DNA of 64,000 nt from Dipteris shenzhenensis (taxonomy: Eukaryota), in NCBI GenBank assembly GCA_047967505.1, contig CM106538.1; one strand, written 5' to 3'. The notes under the pieces were generated by a model that worked only from the letters and a program-made list of their open reading frames with translations, was not told where the DNA came from and searched no databases. This document shows positions 48,360-60,855 of the stretch, piece after piece (the first letter of the stretch is position 1; every line of letters starts with the position of its first letter). The translations under genes and the position numbers were made by a program.

Positions 48360-51300
48360 TTCAGCCTTTCGCAGTAGCTCAGTCTCTAACAGCAATCCTA
48401 TAGTGTGCAACCGATCTCTCTCCGAGTAGAAGGATGCCCTTTGTGTATATGCTGCTCGTTTCATGTTTAACTTGGGGCCCGTGAAAATGTACTCAAAGTA
48501 TACATAAGAGGCTATCTAAATTGGCTCCTTTGAAGCTGAGCCTCCTTAGTGTTGAAGATCATAACCTTGGTTTTATCGAAGTTGACCTTCGCATTGCGGC
48601 TCTCAAAAAAAACTTGCAAAGCTATTAGATGCATTTGCTGGAAAAACTCAATGATCATGCTCTGAGTGGTCTCGCCTACGTGTCCTGAGCTAATGCTCCC
48701 TGTGTCGGACAGCCTCATGGGTGAAAGTCGCCAGGCATCTCTGGTCTGGGTAGGACAAGAAGCTAGATATGGATCCGAAACCATCCCTAAAGAGACATTG
48801 ATAGAGCGACCTCGAATCTCATAGTATACAGGGCAGCCGAAAGCAAAGTGCTCCTCCGACTCGATCTCTTGCTGATCACATAAAGTGCAGATGCGACCCT
48901 CTCAGGGTATGCCCTCAACCCGTCTACTCTCAATGCAAAGCCAGTGTGAGGAAACACGGAATTGCTCGATCGATATCCTTAAGGAGTGGGGAAGATGGAT
49001 GCGTGTGTATCCTAATGGGTCAATGAAGCCCTCTACTGAAATCTACAAGCAATGGTTTCTTTGGAAGTTGAGCTTCACAGGATGCCGCTAGGTGCCAGCC
49101 AGGTCTGAATGCGTGTAGCTGTAAGAGATCCTCTTGGATAACCTGATTAAGCATTTTTAGAAGGCCTCGTCGGCCCATGATACAAGTTACAATTAAAAAA
49201 AGTAACTCATACAAGCCACTATGGGACGATTCAAATGGCTCGCTAGGGCCCTTTCTTTAGTGCTACACTGAGAAACTCAAAAAACTAGTACATAAGATAG
49301 CAAAAAACTCAGAAATCCTGAGATGACAAGAGATGTGATTGAAAGTTATCTATGATCCTGGTGCCATGCAGCTCTTTGATAGGATGCGGAGATATCTCAT
49401 ATCTGTCTTTGCCGGGTTGTCTCTCGTAGAGCGGTGGGGGGCACAGTCTTCGTGGTCTCTGTATCCAATGGGCAATATCGAGAGTGACACCTCCACTTTT
49501 ACAATCCCCTGTGAGTAAAGCTGAGATACGCTGAACCTCCATCGTGCATGCTGTGTTCACCCTCTGCACCATGCGTGGTCTTTGTCTCTCTGGCTCCACA
49601 ACTCTACGGCATCTCTTCCTGCTGATGCACTTTGCTCTCATATCAGCTAGCTACTCCTCGTCCACTCCACTTTGTCCTGGGGCTGACTTAAATATGTAAA
49701 AGTCTATGACGTGTTGTGCTTGGTCTATCTTTGTCTCGTGGCACCGTCACCTCTTGCTGTCTGGTCTTTCTTGGTAGGATCTCTTTGTGTCGCCGCATCT
49801 CAATCATATAGAGACCAACGCAGGCCTGGTCATGAAAATAAATCAATCGAGGGAAGGGCCCAAAATTGTGCCCCTCTTGGAAAAGGCAATGGTATAATCC
49901 ACGGGTTAGTGGGAAAATGCATACCTCTGTCTCCACCTCCTCCAGTGTGCATAACCGATAGATTCATTGCTCTCTAGGTGTGCTTGCGGCTTGCCCTGCC
50001 TTGATCCTTTGCGATGGGGCAAGGTCCTACATGTGTCCAATAGCAATCCTCAATGCATGTGAGACTCGTCTGTCCTCTAGGTACTGGGTTCAAAACGTGG
50101 TCGTGATAGAGCTAGATCATGGTGGGGAACGCCTGGCTCCTCCCCCAAGTTCGTGCTGGAGTAGATCCAACCATATGATACGATTGATCTCATCTCCGGG
50201 TGGGACAAGGGGGGATAGGGCATCCAAACTGTACAGAAAGGGGGGGAGTTGGTCCATCTAAATACCCTGACTAGCAAACCATTTGGATATACGTGCATAA
50301 GAGGGGGTGCTAACCCCTCTATCTGCGAGTTGTATGGATGACTCTAGTATCAACAATTTGGCACTATGTGGAGGTACGTCATTGTCTGAAATATAGCATC
50401 AATATGGAATGGTGTCATGGCGTACTCTGCCTATACTATGTGATGAGGGACCGAGGGATTACCTCGAATCATCTGGGATCCAATAATCTCCTCGAATCAA
50501 TTGTCGAGCCTCAGAAGGATGCCTCATACATAGTTGCCGGCCTCACTAGTGTATCAAAGAGCCATCCCTCTATCGGGTATCCTAGAAGTGTGATTGGAAG
50601 CACTTGTCGCTCTAGCCTGGCCATAGCTCCTTGGCCTCATGTAAGCCGTCCCTTGGCTGCATGAATCATCATGAAAACTAGTCCCATGAAGACTGCCCCT
50701 AGGTAAGTGTAAGACTGCACTATCTCCAATGGCTCCCCTTGGTAAGGGAAATTGTGTCGATGAAGTACTGCCCATGAGCTGTTGAAAATCATGACCCTGG
50801 TCTTGCCAAGGTTGACTGTCAAGTCTCTGTCCTTGCAAAACATCTCTAGTACCTCTAGGTGTCTCTATAAGCCTGCTAGTGAAGAGGATATGGGGACTAT
50901 ATCATCGGCGTAAAACAATATATGTATGATCAAATCAGCTAGGTGTGATCCCTCATCTCTTAGGCGGTCAATGAAGGCCGTGATCTCATCACTGTAGAGC
51001 CCAAAGAGTGTCGGTGAAAGCTGGCATCCTTACTTCACTCTGATCATGCTCTTAATCCTTTGTGATAGACCTCTTGGGGCACGTACTCTCCCTTTGACCG
51101 ACTCATGTAGACTCATCATCCCTCAAATGATGACTCCTAGGATCTACATTTCTAGAAGCCTCTTAATAATACAAGAGCGCGGGACTGTGCAAAAGGACTT
51201 CCAAAAGTCTACAAAGCAAGCGTAGATTTTATGGGATCTCATTAGGGGAAATATGGACTCAAAAAGGACCTCTTCCTTTAGGGGCTTAAAAATATGGATT

Positions 51301-52870
51301 AAGCTCTTGGCCAATGAGGAGGCTCAAGCATTAAAATAATGGAGGGTTTCTTCCTCCTCCTCATTGGTGGAAGTGAATGGTCTCCACCCCAAGTTATTGG
51401 AATTACCAACATAAAGGGCCTTAGGAGAAATCGTGACTTTGTATGACGGTTGGATCATATTTGGTCTAATGGTTGGCAAGCCCTTTCATCTCCTCAGTCA
51501 CATCCATTGGATTGTGGATGATCTAATGGACACGATTGAAAGTGGGATAAGAGCATATGTGTGATGTTGGATCGTTGCTTGATCCAACGGCGGAGATGGA
51601 TTGTCGTGGGCGGTAGATTGGCCTTTCGAGATGCGTGGCGAATGCTGGCTTTTGCGTTAAGGAGAGCCCTTGGAGGCCTGTTGGGTAATGATGGCTTGGA
51701 GACCGCGTGGCGGAGGCTGGCCCCTGCATTAAGGAGAGCCCTTGGATGGGACCTAAGATCCAATCATCCACAAGTGGCATGATACGCACCCCCTTGGATG
51801 GGAGGATGGATCCAACGAGAAGGTGCTCTTTGCAAAGATCTACGGTGTATACTCGCGACCCTTGGTCAATTGGAGAGACATTTGATCAACTGAGGATCAA
51901 CGTTCAAAAATAAGCGCTGCATGCAATGCATTAGATCAGGAATCACGATCTATGATGGAAAAATAGCGTTGAATGCAAGCCATTAGATGCCATTTTTAAA
52001 GTTAAAACATAAGTCAACCCTCGTTATGACATGCCAAATTCCATGGACATTGGATCCTACGCAAGAGAGAGAGATCAGCACCTACACAGAGGCACAGGGA
52101 CATCAAGCTTTGGAACAGGCTGGGTTTTGGAGGTAGCACTCTACTCTTGAGCACATCTTCACTCTATGGGTCATCATTGAGGAGGCGAGATCGCATCAGG
52201 GGAAAAATGGACTAAAAAATGGCCTCGTAAGGGAGAGATTAAGAGGTTAACTCCTTCCTCTTAACTCCTTAATCTCTAGGGGACCACTTGTGGTAAAGGG
52301 AGAATTTGACATGTCATAACGAGGGTTGACTCCCCTGTATTGGCACGATGGTGGTGAAACTCCAAGCAAGAGGGAAGTTGTGGCATACAAGATGATTGAA
52401 CACCTGTGCTAAGATAGGGGTGAAGACCTCCTGTCCATGTGCAAAATGCTCAGTCCATAGCCCCTCATGGTCTTGAGCTCTCCGGTTGTGGAGCCAACGC
52501 AATGCAGCCTGCACATTCAATGTGGTGAACAAGATGGATGTAGTGGCTATGGCAAGGATGACATATCAGGTGGTGCATGGATTGGGACGTCATAGAGTGA
52601 TGTCGTATATGTGTGTCAGACACCCAGGTCCATAATGGGGATAGTGGTTTCTCCTTGGAAAGAGCGAATCACATCATTTGGCTTATGCGAGAGGAAAGCC
52701 TGCCTCTTACGGTGCATAAGATGATGCATTCAAGGGGAAGTAGATCCACATCTGTCATGCATGCTCTTGTTGGGGGATCTTGTTTGTACATGCTCTTAGG
52801 TCACCACTTCTTGTGAATAACAAAGTGCACAATCTCATCTTGTGGCATCGATCATGCGGCTTACCTCACT
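48360..52870 (-). mobile_element. Cluster of nested antisense RTEX-like LINE fragments with inserted non-coding pieces
   Basis: VNFDKTKVMIFN, EEHFAFGCPVYYEI (about 48820-48900), VNLGKTRVMIFN..YTYLG, FYADD (about 50900), CFVDF (about 51210), AQDHEGL..TTIVPI (52314..52532). Confidence 0.8.
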
Positions 52871-53196
52871 CTAGATTTAATGAGACGATGTTCAAAGCTG
52901 GCCCATGGCTATCTGTATTGCTTGTGAAAGGTTGATCTAGAAGCCTATGAAACAAATCTCAGTCAAGTGAAGCAAATTGTCTCTCATGATGCGACCTTTG
53001 CATCTATAGAGAAGCATAAGACAATCAAATTCATTGTAGCCCTTGCCATTCATCATGGCTGACCTTTTCATTAAATAAATGTAAAAACCACTCTTCTTAT
53101 CGATGATCAGAAAGAGAAAGTTTCTATGGATTAGCCTCATGGATAAGGAAACAGATAACTGTATGTTTCTCTGTCTGAAAAGGATGGAAAAGAGCA

Positions 53197-56100
53197 GTTT
53201 TTTTTTTTTGGGCAAAAGAGACTTCTATTAAGTATTAAAGAAAAGCTGTTAGAGCAAGCTCCATACGGGATACATCATGCAATGCACGAAAAGCTCAAGA
53301 GCCAAAAAGAAAGGATTGAGGCTGATAGTGCCATCTCAATCCGGTAGAAACCTCCGAGAAAAAGGGAGAACCTCTTCAAACTCGAAGAAATAAACTTCTA
53401 GAAGAGGCTGCCCGTGAAGGGCCCTGCATGCTAGCCCATATGGCTATCAAAGTGTGAACCGTGTCAGACCAAATACCCGTGAACACCTGTAATGGGTGTA
53501 TCTGGGTGCCATCCAAGGCCTCAGTACATCTGGCTCTTCAAATGTGCCAAGAGGAAATGCTAGCCAAAATCTCCCAAGAGGTGTCCACTGAAACATGAGA
53601 AGCTGTGAAGGGAATAAGTGGTACATCTTGTAGAGAGCAGGGCTCTATCACCTCCCGGCGGACCGAGAAAGAAAGAAAGAAAGAAAGAGTTTATTAAAGT
53701 CTTCGGGAGACCGTGAAGGTCTATGAGACCAAAGATAACTGATACAATGAGCATAACGGTGGCGATCTCAAAACGGGCCAGCCAACCGTTTCTACAAAAA
53801 AGAGGTTATGAAGGACGGTGTGTCTAGTCCTGATACAAAAAATATGTTCTACCTCCAGATGATACAAAAAAGAAGGGGGGGGCACCAAAAATGGGGCAGA
53901 GGGGGGAGATACAATATATATGCGCAAATGGTGATCGTCAGAGACCAATCATAGAGAGTGCCCAAGAAGAAGGCTCACCCTCATAAAACACCCGGGGCCC
54001 GGTAAGAGAGAACCATGCGACCGAGCCCCAAGTCATGAAGAAAGGGGAAGTGTGAAAGATGCTGAGTATCCGAGCAACCCCTTTCCAAACAGTCCTCGCC
54101 TGACTGCAGTCCCAAAGGCAATGTCGCACTGACTCCTCTGCAGAATGGCATCGAGGACAAGTGGGATCAGCCCCAAATCGTGATTTCCACAGGTTCAATG
54201 CAATCCCTCGATGAATAGAAAGCCAAAAGAAAAGAGTGATCTTTCTATTTCTGAGGGATTTCCAGAGCCCCCTCCAGAAATTTCTACGCAAGTCTGCGGT
54301 GATGAAGAAGCTTTCCCAATGGGGGGCTCTGGAGGGAATCCAACCCCTACTGTTCAGCTGAAACCTCCTGGCATTACCAACCGTGAAACGAAAGAAGGGA
54401 ATCCCCCTCTCTCGGTGTCCATGATCTATCCATTCCCACTCTCGTGGGTTCCACTGCAAGCACCTGATAGGTGCACCTCCATATAACCACAACCTCCAGG
54501 ATCCCAAGGCCAAGAGCAGAGGGTCGGGGTCTAAGTACCACTGCAAGCCCACTCCAAGGTCCACAAAACCAGCAATCCTGACAGGCTGAAAGGCAACCTC
54601 AAGAAGAATGCCATCCTTGGATGTAGAAAGTAAACCTCCATCCCCAACATCAAAGACCAGTGTGTCTTCCTCGAGACCTCGGAGAGCGATCACCTGTAAA
54701 GGAACTGATGTCCTCGAAAAAGCCCCCATCCAAGTGGTGGAAGTAATAGGCAGCTCAACTATCCATTCCACCGGGATGGCTGCATCTATCTGCTGAATCC
54801 TGCGTGCTACCCCTCTGAGGTGACTCACGGACTGCAGTCTCTGATCCACAGGTAGCCTAATAAAAGATTTCCAAGTGCCTACTGTGTAGGCGGGGCCTCT
54901 CTCCCATTTAGACCACTGCATGTAATGGGAAGTGCCCAGTGGTTTGGCATGCTTGTCAAGAATACTATCATTCCAAATGATCGGCTGCCTATCAATCTCT
55001 TCGACGGTAGAAGGTGGAATCCTTCGAAGAGTGTTCTTGAAGTTCCCCCAAGCTTTCAGGATGGCAGTCATGAGAGGAGAGGCCGGAGATGTGAGAGGGG
55101 CTGATGTGAAAATCCATCGAGGGCTGTCCACCCAATCATCTCCCAAGGTTGGTGTGCAAGCCTGAATGCGTCCAAAAAAGAAATCCTTCCAAGGTTCTTG
55201 CCCAGGCATGAGTCCCCTCACCACCACCTTACAAAGCAAAGCCCTACACTGCAAGTCCGGGTCAATGACATTAAGGCCCCCTTCACATGTAGGGAGAATA
55301 ATAGTCCCCCAGGCCACCCTTGCTGCAACATCTGCTGTGCCATCAAGTCCACTCCATAAAAAATTCCTGACTGGTCAAATGAGCTGAGTGATGCAATCCC
55401 TAGACCGGCACCAGCAAGAAGACACAAACCAGGAGGTGGCCAAGAGAACCTGGTTCACTACCACAACTCTAGATGCAAGGTCGAGTTTGGCAGAGCTCCA
55501 GAAAAGGAGCTTTTTCCTTATACTTTCTAGTATTGGGGCAAACTGCTGTGCTGGAGAGATGTCCAATCCATCTGAAAATCCAAACCGTAGAAGAGTGCCC
55601 TCAAGAAAACCCCAATCTACTCTATCATAGGCTTTCTCGAAGTCCAAGAGTAAAACTGCTAGCCTCTGTCCACTTTGCATAGCCCACTCTGTGGCTTCCC
55701 AAAAGGAAAAGATATTATAAAAAATGCTCCTGCCATGCACAAAGCCTGTCTGAGTATCATGGATGAGATCTGGAAGAAGGGGCTGTAGTCGGATGCTGAT
55801 CGCCTTGGCAAGGATTTTGTAAAGAGTGCCCAAAAGAGTGATGGGTCTCCAATAGGATACAAAATTCCTGTTGCCACCTTTCGGGATAAGGTGAATGAGT
55901 CCCTCGGTCAGTGAGTCAGGCATCTCGCCCGAGTCCCAAATGCCCTGCAGGGCTGAAGTAATATGATCACCTATCATATCCCAAAAGGCTATAAAAAAAG
56001 AGGGAGTAAGACCATCGGAACCAGGGCACTTGCCCTTATGAAGGGCAGAAAGAGCAGTCTTGAATTCTGTGTTGGTAAAGCGTGCATCAAGTGAGCATAA

Positions 56101-56300
56101 CATCTCTGGGGTGACCAACATAGGTAAACTCTGCCAAACTTCATCTCTAGCCACCTCTCTGGCCTGTGAGTTCAGATTTGCGGAAAGAAGGGAGGTATAA
56201 AAATCTGTCGCTAAATGCATGACGGTCTCTGGATGGGACTGCAAAACGCCGTCAGACTTAATAAGCTGCCTGACACTCTCTCTACGCTGTGAGAGGAGCA
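53197..56300 (-). mobile_element. 5'-truncated L1-clade LINE (same family as 36112-42491) with an internal RT deletion
   Basis: Poly-T at 53197-53210; ORFs 55375..56418 and 53938..55317; LRFGFSD joins directly to GLDISPAQQF. Confidence 0.88.
53667..53940 (-). mobile_element. 5'-truncated RTEX-family tail insertion inside L1
   Basis: (GAAA)n followed by the reverse complement of gtctcatagaccttcacggtctcccgaagactttaataaa. Confidence 0.8.
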
Positions 56301-56599
56301 GCAAGCTACTCCAAGAAGGCATATGAGACAACAGGAGGTGATGGCTCCAGATGCTCCCACGATTGGAGAAAAGAAGGCTACATGCACTAGTAGCAGTAGC
56401 TTCGAGAAAGGAGGCCAATGCCTGGGTAATAAATGATTAGACTTATGTCTACAAACCCCTAGTCAAACAAGTAATGATATCGGCCTCTGTCTGACAGCAT
56501 TTTGGTGCATCATTTGGCATGTGCTCCCCTATCTCTGCCTCATGCATATCAGAGAGAATGCATAGTCTCACACAGTAGTGATGTCAATCTCGTTCTCTA

Positions 56600-58000
56600 C
56601 CTCAATTTAGAATTTGGTGGGATGATGTCCGAAGCAAGGCCATGGCCATATGTATTGCATAGCAGAGATGGATCTGTTTTTATCTTGGTGCTTAAATGAA
56701 GCAATACTTGGTGAAGTGAAGGAAACACTCTTTTGTAGAATGTCATTTCTATGGCACGTGGCTGTGACGGGGAGATCCATGTCCACTGAATGTACATCTG
56801 CCATAGATTGTCTTTATGACTTGATTAATCTCTTGCTGTGTGAGGTGTAAAAGGGGGGAAAACTACGTGAGCAATATATATGTATTGAGGGTGACACATA
56901 TGGCAGCCCATGCATCGAGGACTTCTCATCCCCCTCAGTTGCGAGTTGCATGGATAATGAGAGAGCCCTCCTTGGTAGCCTCTGTCTATCCTCATGATCT
57001 GGCCATATTGTCAAACAGGGTCAATGATGGTGAACTCTATGAGCATGATATCATGCAAAGTGCATCTCAGACCCTCCTTCTAGCAAAGCACGTCCTATGT
57101 ATCAAGGCTGTTGGTTTCATGGTCAACCTGAGGATTATGTGAAAATCCAGCTCAAGTACGTACATAGTCACAAGAAACGTTTCGTCTGTTTCGCCGTTTC
57201 GCTGTTTCGACAGGTTTTGTTTCGTTTCGTTTCGTGTTGTCAGACGAAACGGATAGGTTTCGAATTGATACTTAATATATACCCTTATAGGTACACAAAG
57301 ATATGTTATATTTAAGTTAGAGTGAACAAAGAGAAATATAAAGTCAAGATACTAAAAGGAAATTCAAAACATAAACACCTTGGATTCTAGAAAAAATGGG
57401 GCAAAAACGTTTATTTTGATTTGGGCGAAACAAAGGTTTCGTTGAGAGCGTTTCGTCCTATTTCGAAACGTTTCGTCTGTTTCGCATTTCGAGGTTTCGA
57501 AGAGGACGAAACGGGTTTTCATGTGACTATGAGTACGTAGTCGAACCCTGTTAGTGTTCCAGATCATGATGACCTTGCCAAGGTTGACCTTCACATGCAT
57601 GCCTATCACAAAATTCTTGTGGAGCTGCTAGGTGCCCCTATGAATACTCTCCGTGTTTGATTTTATCATCAACATAACGTAGGATGGGGACATGAGTTTA
57701 CTAGTCATGATCTTTCTCCTAGAGTGTCCACAAAATAGCTCATTTGTGTCGAATCCAAAGAGGTTAAGGGATAAGGGGCACCTTGCTTCCCAACAAGTGC
57801 CAAAATAAAGTAATCTATAATGTTGAAAATCTGGAGTCATGAGATGAGGCAAGCTCATGGTATAGAGTTGAATGCCTTTTCCTAAGTCTACAAAGCAAGA
57901 GTATACTCTGTATTACCTTTTGTGAGTGTCCAGTCTTCTGAATGAGAGCTCTAAGAGTGAAAATGTGATTCAGGATGGAATGATCCCCTTTGAATTATAC
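56600..58000 (-). pseudogene. Old RTEX-like ORF2 remnants flanking a MITE
   Basis: RQRLPRRALSLSMQLATEGDEK, VKVNLGKVIMIWN, CPLSLNLFG, CFVD-like segments. Confidence 0.6.
57163..57531. mobile_element. hAT-superfamily MITE (369 bp)
   Basis: TIR CATAGTCACA / TGTGACTATG; 8-bp TSD AGTACGTA (57155-57162, 57532-57539); many subterminal GTTTCG/CGAAAC repeats. Confidence 0.92.
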
Positions 58001-58216
58001 TAGTCCTCTAATTCTTGAGTATTCTTATAACTGGGTTGTCCATTGAGACATTGGCCAATTAATATTGCTCTTCTCTAAGAACTTGTTGCTGGCAATTAGG
58101 CCATTGAGATGAAGCCATGTGAGTTTATCTAGTATTTTAAGAGCTCAGAAGGTGTAATAATTTTATTATGGTGCCAAAGAAGGCTAAAGCTAGCTCTATC
58201 ATGCTGATGACTGCAG

Positions 58217-58312
58217 AGAGGTCTGGTTGAGTTTATATGTAGTGTTTTTGTAGCCTCTTGGACCGGCGTTGTGAAGTACCATGGACCTCGCCCCAGCCGA
58301 AGGCCAAAACAG
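58217..58312 (+). CDS. GPAT9: GPAT9 exon (RGLVEFICSVFVASWTGVVKYHGPRPSRRPKQ)
   Basis: ctgcag acceptor and gtaagt donor; GPAT9 signature VASWTGVVKYHGPRPS. Confidence 0.97.
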
Positions 58313-58443
58313 GTAAGTTAATTCCTTGAAGATACCTATCTCATGTCAACCATGTTAAATCACGATCAATCAATCATGCTCACAAACAATCAATTCTTGT
58401 TTCAAAAAATGCAGAAAAAGGACCTGTTTGTTGTGTATGGCAG

Positions 58444-58540
58444 GTTTTTGTAGCTAATCACACTTCCATGATCGACTTCATCATCTTGGAGCAAATGACT
58501 GCTTTTGCTGTCATCATGCAGAAACACCCTGGATGGGTTG
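58444..58540 (+). CDS. GPAT9: GPAT9 exon with catalytic HxxxxD motif (VFVANHTSMIDFIILEQMTAFAVIMQKHPGWV)
   Basis: AG/GT boundaries; acyltransferase motif I NHTSMID. Confidence 0.98.
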
Positions 58541-58778
58541 GTGAGCTGTCCTATCCCTCCACCAAACTTCTGAGAGCTACAGTTTGCAATAATGTATCCA
58601 TTGCTGATACTCCATATTGTCACCAATAATCTGCCTCCTCCATTTGAGATTTAAGAACAATTTCATTTTTTTATAATGATGTTAGTAATGCTGCAGATGT
58701 TAATATAGTCAAGTACTGAGAATTTGCATGCATATTTAATTGTGACTTTAAAACATTTTGTTGTCATTGCACTTGCAG

Positions 58779-58866
58779 GATTGTTACAGACGACTATCCT
58801 AGAAAGCCTTGGCTGCATCTGGTTTAACCGTACGGAGTCAAAAGACCGTGAAGTTGTGGCCAAAAA
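58779..58866 (+). CDS. GPAT9: GPAT9 exon (LLQTTILESLGCIWFNRTESKDREVVAK)
   Basis: AG/GT boundaries; motif II CIWFNR. Confidence 0.97.
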
Positions 58867-58948
58867 GTGAGTCAAAATGGAAGTTAGCAGTTCTTGTAAG
58901 ATTTTGAATGGCTGGATTTCAATAGGATTGGAATTCTCTGCACTGCAG

Positions 58949-59045
58949 GCTGAAGCAACATATAGAAGACCCAGAGAACAATCCTTTGCTTATATTTCCA
59001 GAAGGTACCTGTGTAAACAATGAATATACTGTGATGTTTAAAAAG
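58949..59045 (+). CDS. GPAT9: GPAT9 exon (LKQHIEDPENNPLLIFPEGTCVNNEYTVMFKK); later exons not found in the window
   Basis: AG/GT boundaries; motif III IFPEGT. Confidence 0.97.
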
Positions 59046-60239
59046 GTACGTTGGTGATTTTCAATGCATAAAATTTGTGACCTGCATTATGAAATGCTTG
59101 TTAACTGAGCAAATTGCAGAGGATCCTCTTAGGATGTTAACTTCATGCAGGCCGATATTTAAATACAGTACATATATGTATGCCTGTTTGCGTCTGTGCA
59201 CACATGCACACATGCAAGGTGAAGGCACAACAAGAGCAGACAAGATGAATAGATCGTATGAAGATGATGTGTACTCTAATCTTAGACCTGTCCATGGTGC
59301 ATTAAATTTTGGTGATCGCCTCAAAAAAACTTGTGGGAATATGCATCTTCCTGTGCCACTAAGTAGCCCATTTCCCTACAGCCTTACACATATCCTCCCT
59401 CAACTAATCATCCACCTTCCCATGAATGCGTGATGAGGTGTAGAGGGAATATTATCTTTAAAAAAAAATTGTTACCTCTTTTTTCTTTTCTTTTGTTCTC
59501 TCTTTTATTTTCTGTGTAGATTTTTGGACTTTAGAACGACAAAAAATCTTAATTTGTACGATTGGATATATTCTGGTCTTACAAAGGTATATATATGGAT
59601 GCAATATGATTTCCACTATAGTACCAACAGTATCACACAAGGATACACATACAAGCCAAACCTTTAACACAAGCTCTTTACGAGTACATCTCAACCAGTT
59701 ACGTGTCACCAGCTGGAAAGAACCACGCATGTGATGTGAACTGCTTAGAGCATCTAGGCGAGCGGCCTTCTACGTCACCCCTTACGTAGTGCGCACACAC
59801 AAATAAACTTGGCTTGTGAACATGTAGAAGATCTAAGGGAGCCACATTGCTGTAGCGATTACCCTGTACAAAACCCATTTAACATGGCTCGAGAACATTT
59901 AGAGGATCTAAGTGACTTACTTGCTATAGCCATTACCCCACCATACAAAGCCCATCTTTACTCCAAATCCTAAACGTTGTCAATACATATGTAAAAGCAT
60001 AACAACAAATGGTACATGAAAAAAGTAAGAGCTGCAACTGCTATTGCCAAAAGGAGAATTGATAATATAGGGCATTGCCATCTACAACATCTGTTAAGCA
60101 ATGCTAAACTAATGATCAATACCTTAGTACGAGCATGGTAAAGAGAAATCACGTGTTGGCCAATACCAAGGAACTCTAAAGCATGGTAGCCTTAGTCTAC
60201 CTGAGCTATTTAGGCCTAATAAAATTAAGAAAGAAAAGT

Positions 60240-60855
60240 CATCATGCAAGTCCCCATTCAGAAAGGCTATTTTAATGTCCAATTGATGTGCTTTCCAGCC
60301 ACAATGAGCAGCCAACAAAACAACACCCTTGATGGTGGTCATCTTGGAAGTGGGGGCAAAGGTTTCATCATAATCTATCTCCTTGTGCTGAGAATAGCCT
60401 TTGGCAACTAACCTTGCCTTGTAGTTATCAATGGTACCTTCAGATTTCCTCTTAAGTTTGTACACCCACTTAGTCCCAATAGTCTTTTTGTCAATAGGTA
60501 GATCCACTAAATCCTATGTGTTGTTTTTGTGGACTGAATCCAACTCTGCATGTCTTTAGCATCCTCAAGCTGTCAGGTTCTTCTGCTTCAAACAATGTGC
60601 TCATCCATGCTGAATCAGCGTATTGTGCTCCTTGTGAACCTCTTGAACCAGCCCTTGTTCTACTAGAGAGGGGAGCTGATAGCTTACTGTCTTGCAAAGT
60701 GTGCATAAGCCACCGGTTTCTTGTACAGCTGTTCTCTCTTCTCTGACAAATTCTTCCACATCATCATGTGCTATAGGCTGTTCATGACCCTGATTTGGAG
60801 CATCCAATGTCTGCATAAATAAAGCTGACATCGAGGAAGAGATCAATGAACATGC
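60240..60855 (-). pseudogene. Ty1/copia RT fragment
   Basis: IGTKWVYKLK..YKARLVAKGYSQ..IDYDETFAP..HQLDIKIAFLNGDL. Confidence 0.9.

Noticed and set aside
53180-56420. TSD for the truncated L1
   Set aside because: Only a weak 6-bp gagcag match was found; not convincing.
57175-57520. GTTTCG repeats as a CRISPR or iteron array
   Set aside because: They lie inside a TIR/TSD-bounded MITE and are subterminal repeats.
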